Assembly: GCA_041691795.1 (NCBI GenBank)
Contig: JBEPTX010000004.1
Coordinates: forward strand, 78,084 to 142,083
DNA from: Candidatus Saccharimonadota bacterium
GTDB taxonomy: Bacteria > Patescibacteriota > Saccharimonadia > Saccharimonadales > Saccharimonadaceae
Length of the DNA stretch: 64,000 nucleotides
Direction: 5' to 3'
Made by a program: the position numbers and the translations under genes. The notes below the pieces were generated by a model. That model worked only from the letters and a program-made list of their open reading frames with translations. It had not been told where the DNA came from and made no database searches. Below, in pieces: positions 9,642 to 16,497 of the stretch. Position 1 is the stretch's first letter, and each line of letters opens with the position of its first letter.

Positions 9642-10091
9642 ATGGCAAAAAGCATCAACCAAGTGATTTTGATGGGACGCCTGACACGTGATCCTGAAAC
9701 ACGGACGACCAGCACTGGCAAGACAATCGCGAGTTTTTCGCTTGCCGTTGACCGCGGTGGTCAAGACGACCAAGCAGATTTCTTTGATGTCACTGCCTGG
9801 GAAAAATTGGGCGAATTGGTCGCACAGTACCTATCAAAAGGCCGCCGTTGCCTGGTACAGGGACGTTTGCGTCAAGATAGCTGGGATGACAAAGAAACCG
9901 GTAAAAAACGTTCGAAGGTAGAGATCGTCGCAACTGACGTGACATTCCTAGACGGCCCATCTGGTGAAGGTGGTGGTTCAAGCAACTACTCAAACAGTAG
10001 TTCTGACAGCGCCCCAGCCAAAAAGAGCAAAGACGTCGTGATCGAAGATATCGACGACAAACCTATTGATCTTTCAGAAATTCCATTCTAA
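9642..10091 (+). CDS. ssb: Single-stranded DNA-binding protein
   Basis: OB-fold N-terminus (INQVILMGRLTRDPE), Gly/Ser-rich linker, acidic tail ending DLSEIPF. Confidence 0.95.
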   Translation: MAKSINQVILMGRLTRDPETRTTSTGKTIASFSLAVDRGGQDDQADFFDVTAWEKLGELVAQYLSKGRRCLVQGRLRQDSWDDKETGKKRSKVEIVATDVTFLDGPSGEGGGSSNYSNSSSDSAPAKKSKDVVIEDIDDKPIDLSEIPF

Positions 10092-10104
10092 ACAGCACCT
10101 TACT

Positions 10105-10401
10105 ATGAGTGAAATCCAATCTAACCAAGATGACTATCCAAAGGCACTTGTCCTGGTTGGACATCATGATTTCGAAATAGCGTGGGTTCAACCGTCATTT
10201 GTGATAGATGACAAATACGTGCATCCGCTTGATGATGCTCACGATGCTAAGTTCGGGCTAGAATACCAGCGCCTGCTCGCAAAAAAAGCCGCAGCGTTAA
10301 GTCTGTACGATGCGTTCAAGTGGGATGGGCCAGGTTCGATCGTAGGCGACTATATTCCAAACGTTGAACCACTTAATTATAAAGATTTTAAAGGAGAATA
10401 A
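10105..10401 (+). CDS. Hypothetical protein (98 aa) inserted between ssb and rpsR
   Basis: ORF 10066-10401. ATG 10105 lies just after the ssb stop. The stop is 5 nt before the rpsR ATG. No motif recognised. Confidence 0.5.
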   Translation: MSEIQSNQDDYPKALVLVGHHDFEIAWVQPSFVIDDKYVHPLDDAHDAKFGLEYQRLLAKKAAALSLYDAFKWDGPGSIVGDYIPNVEPLNYKDFKGE

Positions 10402-10405
10402 AACC

Positions 10406-10612
10406 ATGGCATTAGTAAAACGATTCAAAAAAGACACTCCTGCATACTTTGACTACAAAGACGTCAAAACACTGCAGCGATTCATCAACATTTACGGACA
10501 AATCGAACCAATCAGCAAGACTGGTCTGTCTGCAAAACAACAGCGTCAATTAGCAACCGCTATCAAACGCGCACGTCACTTGGCACTATTACCATTCGTT
10601 ACCCAAGGTTAG
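10406..10612 (+). CDS. rpsR: 30S ribosomal protein S18
   Basis: [27 protein letters not shown]...[34 protein letters not shown] upstream of ATG 10406. Confidence 0.9.
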   Translation: MALVKRFKKDTPAYFDYKDVKTLQRFINIYGQIEPISKTGLSAKQQRQLATAIKRARHLALLPFVTQG

Positions 10613-10618
10613 TCTGAT

Positions 10619-11179
10619 ATGTATCAGCCAACTGATCTAAAAAAGGGTGTTGTTTGCCAAATTGATGGCAAACCCTACCGTGTCACCGAATATTCCCAAA
10701 AAGTCATGGGACGCGGCGGAAGCATTGTGAATGTCAAATTGAAAAATTTGATTGATGGCAGTGTGATTCCAAAAACGTTCAAAGGCCAGGACAAGATTGA
10801 GCGCGCCGAAGTCACCAACAGGAACGTTCAGTACCTTTATAGTGATGGTGATGATTTCCATTTTATGGATCCACAGTCATTCGAACAGTTCCAGTTGGGT
10901 GCTGATATCGTTGATAGCGCTGCCAGCTACCTAAAAGAAGGTGATGAGCTAAACTTGCAATTTTTTGATGGCAAAGTGATCAATGTTGAACTCCCAAAGA
11001 ACTTGTTCTTGGAGGTGACTTACACCGAAGACGTCGTCAAAGGTGACACGACCAGCAACGTATTAAAAGACGCGACGGTCGAAACCGGCCTGGTCGTCAA
11101 AGTCCCATCATTCATCAAAACGGGTGATGTGATCTCGGTTGATACGACAACTGGCGAGTACCGCGAACGTAAAAAATAG
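10619..11179 (+). CDS. efp: Elongation factor P (Arg32-type loop)
   Basis: Three-domain EF-P length. Loop sequence KVMGRGGSIVNVKLKNL places Arg at residue 32, where E. coli has Lys34. Confidence 0.9.
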   Translation: MYQPTDLKKGVVCQIDGKPYRVTEYSQKVMGRGGSIVNVKLKNLIDGSVIPKTFKGQDKIERAEVTNRNVQYLYSDGDDFHFMDPQSFEQFQLGADIVDSAASYLKEGDELNLQFFDGKVINVELPKNLFLEVTYTEDVVKGDTTSNVLKDATVETGLVVKVPSFIKTGDVISVDTTTGEYRERKK

Positions 11180-11188
11180 AACATTCCA

Positions 11189-11220
11189 CATCTGTTAAGA
11201 TTTTACAGATGATGATTTTT
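11189..11220 (+). terminator. Intrinsic terminator after efp
   Basis: catctgt-N9-acagatg followed by atgattttt. Confidence 0.6.
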
Positions 11221-11230
11221 ATGATATGAT

Positions 11231-11256
11231 GAGCCCATGTTTGACATGGGCTCTTT
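11231..11256 (+). terminator. Second hairpin after efp
   Basis: gagcccatg-tttga-catgggctc followed by ttt. Confidence 0.5.
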
Positions 11257-11329
11257 GGGTAACAAAGGAGTCAGATCGCACATCTGCTGACAATCGTCAG
11301 TAGGTGAACTTCACATACAAAGGTGAGAT

Positions 11330-12742
11330 ATGAAAAGGTTACGCGCCATTATTGTCGCGTGTTTGATGGTAGTGTTTGTGCTGGGTACGGCGACGCCTGC
11401 AATGGCAGATCCGCCGGTTATTCCCGGTATACCGACGCTTCCATCTATCCCAGAAATTTTGGGACAGATCCAGGGCGCAATCGACCAGGTGATACCGCCT
11501 GTGCCGATTCCACCGCTGCCATCAATTGTTCCGCCGATCGCCATGCTCCCACAGGAACAGGCGTCGGCGGCGGAGCCCAACCTCGAGGCACTTCGTCTGG
11601 CGGTGATGCCATCGAACATTGGTGATCCGATGTTCGATGCATGGCCACCAGATCTAGCGAATTACCAAAATGGCCAAATCATCGAGTCACGTGATGTGAC
11701 ATCGGTGGCGGCGCTGTTTGTCGTGATTCCGGTTGAAAGGGTGCTGCTGCTCAAGTTCCGCACAACCGATGCCAGTGGTGCACCGTCTTTCGGGACGGCA
11801 ACATTGGTGATTCCCAGAACCCCATGGATGGGGTCGGGCGATCGACCGGTGGTAGTCAACAATCTGCCGATTGACGCGCTGGGCCGCGGTTGTACGCCAA
11901 GTTATACTTTGGCGCACGGACTGTCATTCCAGACCAACATGACAGATTTTGTGCCGCCAACGACACAGTTGGCGGCACTCCGTGGCTATGCCATTCTGAT
12001 CCCCGATCATGAAGGGCCGCGGATGGCGTATGCCGAACCGACTGTTGCGGGCAAGATCGTCCTGGATTCTATCCGGGCGACACGCAACTTCCTGCCTGAT
12101 CAGTTTGGCGGAAGTCGGTTTGGTATAACGGGGTACTCCGGCGGTGCGATTGCCACGCATGGGGCAGTCAAGTTGATCGATGGGTACGCGCCCGAGCTCT
12201 CCGACTTGATTGTCGGGGCGGCACTGGGTGGTGTTCCGGCAGATTTTGAAATACTGTCCCGTAGCATGAACGCCAATCTGGCGTCAGGTGTGTTTATGGG
12301 CGCAGTGTTCGCAATCGGTCGTGAGCATCCGGAAGTGTTGGCTAGGATGAACCACCTGGCACAGTGGGTGACGACGTCGCCGCTCAAAGATCAATGCCTC
12401 AGCATTTTCGCCCTTCCGGGCGTGCTGTTGTTGCCGATCGATATTGCGGCGAACATTCCTGATCCTCTCAACTCTGACTTGGCCCACCAGATTTATGGGC
12501 TGACCAAGATGGAGGGGATGAGGTCTGGGACGCCGCTATACATATATAATGGCGATCAGGAATTCTGGATCCCCGCAGTGGGAGCCGAGAATTTGTACCG
12601 CGAACAGTGCGGGCTGGATGTGCGGGCGGTCTATGCTCACGTATTTGGCGAGCATGTGATTGCTGGTGCGCTGGGTTATCTCCCTGCTATAAAGTGGTTG
12701 GACGACCGGTTGCAGGGACTGCCTGCGCCGTCTGACTGCTAG
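11330..12742 (+). CDS. Secreted alpha/beta-hydrolase, secretory-lipase (CalA/LIP-family-like)
   Basis: Signal peptide MKRLRAIIVACLMVVFVLGTATPAMA, Pro-rich linker, nucleophile elbow GITGYSGGA. G+C is visibly higher than the surroundings. Confidence 0.7.
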   Translation: MKRLRAIIVACLMVVFVLGTATPAMADPPVIPGIPTLPSIPEILGQIQGAIDQVIPPVPIPPLPSIVPPIAMLPQEQASAAEPNLEALRLAVMPSNIGDPMFDAWPPDLANYQNGQIIESRDVTSVAALFVVIPVERVLLLKFRTTDASGAPSFGTATLVIPRTPWMGSGDRPVVVNNLPIDALGRGCTPSYTLAHGLSFQTNMTDFVPPTTQLAALRGYAILIPDHEGPRMAYAEPTVAGKIVLDSIRATRNFLPDQFGGSRFGITGYSGGAIATHGAVKLIDGYAPELSDLIVGAALGGVPADFEILSRSMNANLASGVFMGAVFAIGREHPEVLARMNHLAQWVTTSPLKDQCLSIFALPGVLLLPIDIAANIPDPLNSDLAHQIYGLTKMEGMRSGTPLYIYNGDQEFWIPAVGAENLYREQCGLDVRAVYAHVFGEHVIAGALGYLPAIKWLDDRLQGLPAPSDC

Positions 12743-12745
12743 TCC

Positions 12746-12809
12746 GAGCCCTCGTTCGGGCGTAGTGTCGTTGGATTGTTCTGACACTACGCCCGATCAG
12801 GGCTCTTTT
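12746..12809 (+). terminator. Long GC-rich terminator hairpin after the lipase gene
   Basis: gagccct..gggcgtagtgtc / gacactacgccc..agggctc (12-bp plus 7-bp perfect segments) followed by tttt. Confidence 0.7.
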
Positions 12810-12834
12810 CATTTGAAACACATCGTCTGTCATC

Positions 12835-12843
12835 TGTTACAAT
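12835..12843 (+). promoter_or_regulatory. Extended -10 promoter TGTTACAAT, 8 nt before the tlyA ATG (leaderless candidate)
   Basis: TGtTACAAT at 12835-12843. ATG at 12852. No SD fits in between. Confidence 0.5.
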
Positions 12844-12851
12844 GGGGGTGG

Positions 12852-13574
12852 ATGACAAAACTACGACTTGATGCCTATTTGGCGTATAAAAAACTGGTTC
12901 CAACGCGCTCTCAGGCCGAGAGTGCTATTCGATTGGGATCGGTGACAGTTGATGGACGAGTCGTCACTAAACCTGGAACATTTGTGAACGATAACGCAGT
13001 TGTGCGTTTGAACGAGAGCGAACGATATGTGTCGCGAGCCGGGTTAAAGCTAGCGAGTGTGGCGCAAATTTTGAAGCTCGATTTTCGGGATAAAATTGTG
13101 TTAGATGTGGGCAGCAGCACCGGCGGATTTACCGATTATGCATTGCAGCATGGGGCAAAAAAGGTCTATGCCGTTGACGTCGGAACCGACCAATTACACC
13201 CGACTTTGCATGGTAATAAACAGATTGAATTACACGAGAAAACCGATATTCGAGATTTTCATATGCAAGACAAAGCCGATATAGTCGTCATGGATGTATC
13301 ATTTATTAGTCTGCGCGAAATTTTGCCACATATTGCGCGTGAATTGAGTGGCCCTGGCACTCAAATTGCCGCTATGCTAAAACCCCAATTCGAAGCCGGA
13401 CGCGATCAGACGAATAAAGGCATTATCAAAAATGATGCCGTTCGTCGTCAGATTTTGCGCGATTTCGAAACGTGGGCCAAGCAATATTTTGTTGTGATTG
13501 ATAAACGTGATAGTGATGTCGCGGGTGCCAAGGGCAATCAAGAGCGATTCTACCTCTTGATTGTTTTGCGTTAG
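12852..13574 (+). CDS. tlyA: TlyA-family rRNA 2'-O-methyltransferase (S4 domain + FtsJ-like MTase)
   Basis: RLDAYLAYKKLVPTRSQAESAIRLGSVTVDGRVV (S4 domain) and LDVGSSTGGFTDYALQHGAKKVYAVDVG (SAM motif). Start set at ATG 12852. Confidence 0.85.
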   Translation: MTKLRLDAYLAYKKLVPTRSQAESAIRLGSVTVDGRVVTKPGTFVNDNAVVRLNESERYVSRAGLKLASVAQILKLDFRDKIVLDVGSSTGGFTDYALQHGAKKVYAVDVGTDQLHPTLHGNKQIELHEKTDIRDFHMQDKADIVVMDVSFISLREILPHIARELSGPGTQIAAMLKPQFEAGRDQTNKGIIKNDAVRRQILRDFETWAKQYFVVIDKRDSDVAGAKGNQERFYLLIVLR

Positions 13575-13660
13575 TCTGAATTGTATCTATTTACTTTTAT
13601 TAACATAAGTGTTATTGTAATATTAGTAATTTTATAAAAACAAAAAAAACATCGTCCATC

Positions 13661-14236
13661 ATGAATACTCACGATAATCACCCAGTTGCCACCGTTATAA
13701 AAAGCAGTCTGACACATCATGATTTACCTCGGGCTGAAAATCACGATGATTTCAAAGCGCTTGCAGGCCATATGGATGCAGATGAACTCCCTGGTTTTAT
13801 CGTTGCCGAGCAGGTAGAATTTGACGTTACTCACTTGGGTGAGTATTTTTCTTATACACAGCCGAATGAGGCTCAGTATATAGCCACGCCAGCCGACAAA
13901 GCAGTACAAATAATGCACACTGACCACCGTGGTGTCTGTGCATGCGAAAATGATACAATCCGCATGCACCGCAATCTGGCCGAAAGCTCCGTAAGTGCCG
14001 TCGTGACGCTGGCACATGTCGTGAATGAAGAGGGGCAAAGACATGCATTCGAGAGAGGAACTATTATTTCGGTTGTCGATGACCCGGAAATAGGTGCCGA
14101 TATTCCACAAGCCAAATTCTATTCTGGTGTACAAAAGCCTGGTGAAAGTGTCATATTTCGACCCCGTAGTCCGCACCAATTTGTCAGCAAAGAAGAGAAA
14201 AGGAGATCTTCTCTTATCCAGGATATAGATCGATAA
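13661..14236 (+). CDS. Hypothetical protein, possible Fe(II)/2-oxoglutarate oxygenase-like fold
   Basis: Motif order MHTDH (HxD) ... GESVIFRPRSPHQF (distal His) ... KRRSSL (RxS) fits a 2OG-Fe(II) oxygenase facial triad. Read by eye only. Confidence 0.4.
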   Translation: MNTHDNHPVATVIKSSLTHHDLPRAENHDDFKALAGHMDADELPGFIVAEQVEFDVTHLGEYFSYTQPNEAQYIATPADKAVQIMHTDHRGVCACENDTIRMHRNLAESSVSAVVTLAHVVNEEGQRHAFERGTIISVVDDPEIGADIPQAKFYSGVQKPGESVIFRPRSPHQFVSKEEKRRSSLIQDIDR

Positions 14237-14281
14237 GTGAGACTGCTAAAAACGTAAGCAGTATGTTCCGAACTCTGGCTA

Positions 14282-14290
14282 TGCTACAGT
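14282..14290 (+). promoter_or_regulatory. Extended -10 element TGCTACAGT upstream of the Pro/His-rich ORF
   Basis: Matches the recurring TGCTAnnnT motif. 84 nt before ATG 14374. Confidence 0.35.
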
Positions 14291-14373
14291 AAAAATTGTT
14301 CAATAACTCAACTAGTTACAAGAGTTAATGGATGAACATGTTCGACCCAACAACCCCTGGAAAGGGGGGTGAA

Positions 14374-14664
14374 ATGAGTACCAAGAAAGCTCGAATTGCG
14401 GCAGCATGTGCTGCTGGCGCAATGACATTCGGGCTCGGGATTGGCTTAGCGCCAACTGCGACGGCAATGCCGGTCGGCTCGGTAGTGGTAGTTCAGGAGA
14501 ATTCGCCAGGACACCATCCACCGCCACCTCCGCATCATGATCCGCCGCCTCCACCTTGTTGTCAACAACCTCCGCACCACCAGCCTCCACCACCGCCTCC
14601 TCACCAAGTGCCATCTTGGTGCCCGCAGGGCTTTGGATGGCTCTTCTGGTCGCTGAGCGGCTAG
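14374..14664 (+). CDS. Small secreted Pro/His-rich protein (96 aa)
   Basis: SD AAGGGGGG before ATG 14374. Signal peptide MSTKKARIAAACAAGAMTFGLGIGLAPTATA. Mature part is HHPPPPPHHDPPPPPCCQQPPHHQPPPPPPHQ, with an aromatic C-terminus GFGWLFWSLSG. Confidence 0.55.
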   Translation: MSTKKARIAAACAAGAMTFGLGIGLAPTATAMPVGSVVVVQENSPGHHPPPPPHHDPPPPPCCQQPPHHQPPPPPPHQVPSWCPQGFGWLFWSLSG

Positions 14665-14687
14665 CGAGGTAGCAATTGGGGAGAATA

Positions 14688-14727
14688 CCTCCTGACCACG
14701 TCGCCCATTTGGGACGTGGTCAGGAGG
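14688..14727. terminator. Bidirectional terminator (15-bp perfect stem) between the Pro/His ORF and ychF
   Basis: cctcctgaccacgtc-N10-gacgtggtcaggagg. Confidence 0.7.
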
Positions 14728-14746
14728 CCTCACAACTTTGAATTAT

Positions 14747-15823
14747 TTAGACATTAAAGCGAAACTCAACAATATCACCAGGCTGCATAATATAAGTTTT
14801 ACCCTCGGTGCGGAGCTTGCCAGCTGATCTTGCTGCTGTTTCTGATCCAGCTGCGAGAAGATCGTCATAATCGACAATTTGGGCGGCAATAAACCCGCGT
14901 TCAAAATCGGTGTGAATCACGCCAGCAGCTTGCGGCGCGGTCGCGCCTTTTCGCACGGTCCAGGCACGGACTTCTTTGGGTCCAGCCGTCAGGTAACTTT
15001 GTAGTCCTAACGTGTCGTAGGCGGTGTGAATCATCTGTTGCAAACCCGTTTCCTGCACACCATAGCTGGCCAGTAGTTCCTGCGCATCCAGCACGCTCAG
15101 ACCTTTTAGTTCTTCTTCTAATTTGGCGCAAACGAAGATGCTTTTTGCTGGTGCGACCATGCCACTGAGTTCAGCTTTTTCAGCATTGTCAGTCAGAGTA
15201 TTTTCGTCGACATTGAATGCGTAAATAACAGGTTTTGCGGTCAGCAAATGCAGATCAGCGATTAGTTCCATATCCAGAGAGGGAAGTTGCGACAAGGGCG
15301 TGCCTGATTCGAGGTGTCGTTTGAGTGATTCCAGGTAGGTTGCAGTTTCGCGTAGCGCCGGTTTTGCTTTGGCTTCTTTGGCGATTTTTGGAAGGCGCGT
15401 ATCAATAGTTTGCAGGTCGGCTAGCATCAGTTCGGTGTTGATAATCTCGATGTCAGCCTGCGGATCAATCCGTTCCTCGACATGAACAATATCGTTGTTC
15501 TCGAACGCGCGAACAATGTGAACAATCGCGTCACATTGACGGATATTGGCCAGGAATTTGTTACCCAAACCTTCGCCAGTACTTGCCCCAGCGACTAAAC
15601 CAGCGATATCAACGAATGTGACCGTTGCAGGAATGATCTTTTCGGCCGAATACATTTTTTGCAAAACGTCCAAACGTTCATCTGGTACAGGAACGATTCC
15701 GGTATTCGGTTCGATCGTAGCGAACGGATAATTAGCCGCCAAAATATCATTGTTAGTCAGGGCGTTGAATAGGGTGGACTTGCCAACGTTTGGCAGGCCG
15801 ACGATACCGATAGATAAACTCAT
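14747..15823 (-). CDS. ychF: Ribosome-binding ATPase YchF (OLA1 family)
   Basis: GIVGLPNVGKSTLFNALT G1 motif, TGS-like C-terminus, 358 aa. Confidence 0.95.
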   Translation of the reverse strand: MSLSIGIVGLPNVGKSTLFNALTNNDILAANYPFATIEPNTGIVPVPDERLDVLQKMYSAEKIIPATVTFVDIAGLVAGASTGEGLGNKFLANIRQCDAIVHIVRAFENNDIVHVEERIDPQADIEIINTELMLADLQTIDTRLPKIAKEAKAKPALRETATYLESLKRHLESGTPLSQLPSLDMELIADLHLLTAKPVIYAFNVDENTLTDNAEKAELSGMVAPAKSIFVCAKLEEELKGLSVLDAQELLASYGVQETGLQQMIHTAYDTLGLQSYLTAGPKEVRAWTVRKGATAPQAAGVIHTDFERGFIAAQIVDYDDLLAAGSETAARSAGKLRTEGKTYIMQPGDIVEFRFNV

Positions 15824-15906
15824 TCCTCCATTTTAACAGATCTAGGTTGTGAGCAGTATAGTGATCCTATATACTGACTGTAACAATAAGCGGTATAAAT
15901 TGCTCG

Positions 15907-16497
15907 ATGGATGATATGGGAAAGAAATTGGTTATGTCGAGGAAACGAATCCTCATCATTGCGACGGTAGTCGTGCTATTTTTTGTTATAGCTGGAGGTT
16001 TGTTCATTTGGGTGCGGTTCTATATGACGCCGCCCGAAGCTCCAGCTGGGCAGTCCGAGCTTGATAAAGCAGCGGCCAGTTCAAAACAAGCGGCAGCTGA
16101 TGGAAAATTGCGCGATACAGCTGCCCAGGACATTAAAAGCAATAATGCTGCTGCCGCTCAAAAAACATACGACGCGGCTATCAAAAATGAGGCGAGTATT
16201 GAGCGCAAAACGTTACTTTATATCGATCTGTCGGGTGTCTACTACGATGCTGGCCAGTATGATCAAGCCATTGCGGTTGCAAAAACTGCTGAGGCGGCTA
16301 ACTCTGATAAATTTTTGATTGCGGATTGGTTATCAAGGATATACGAGGACCAAAAAGATTATATTCAGGCGGCGAAGTACTATAAAATCGCGGGTCAGTC
16401 GGCCAATAGTCCGCAAAACAAAACGGCGATCAACAAGGCCTATTACGATGGCAAAGCAGACGAAATGACCAAGCTTGCTGCAGGGGGCACACAGTGA
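15907..16497 (+). CDS. Single-pass membrane protein with TPR-like repeats
   Basis: TM ILIIATVVVLFFVIAGGLFIW. Ala/Tyr-rich TPR-like helices (YYDAGQYDQAIAVAKTA, AKYYKIAGQ). The stop overlaps the GTG start of the vWA gene (GTGA). Confidence 0.6.
   Translation: MDDMGKKLVMSRKRILIIATVVVLFFVIAGGLFIWVRFYMTPPEAPAGQSELDKAAASSKQAAADGKLRDTAAQDIKSNNAAAAQKTYDAAIKNEASIERKTLLYIDLSGVYYDAGQYDQAIAVAKTAEAANSDKFLIADWLSRIYEDQKDYIQAAKYYKIAGQSANSPQNKTAINKAYYDGKADEMTKLAAGGTQ

Noticed and set aside
13724-14179. 151-aa minus-strand ORF antisense to ORF 13661-14236
   Set aside because: The plus-strand ORF is longer, has a motif-bearing sequence, and fits the local gene direction. The minus-strand translation is Cys/Ile/Phe/Arg-rich, typical of antisense frames.
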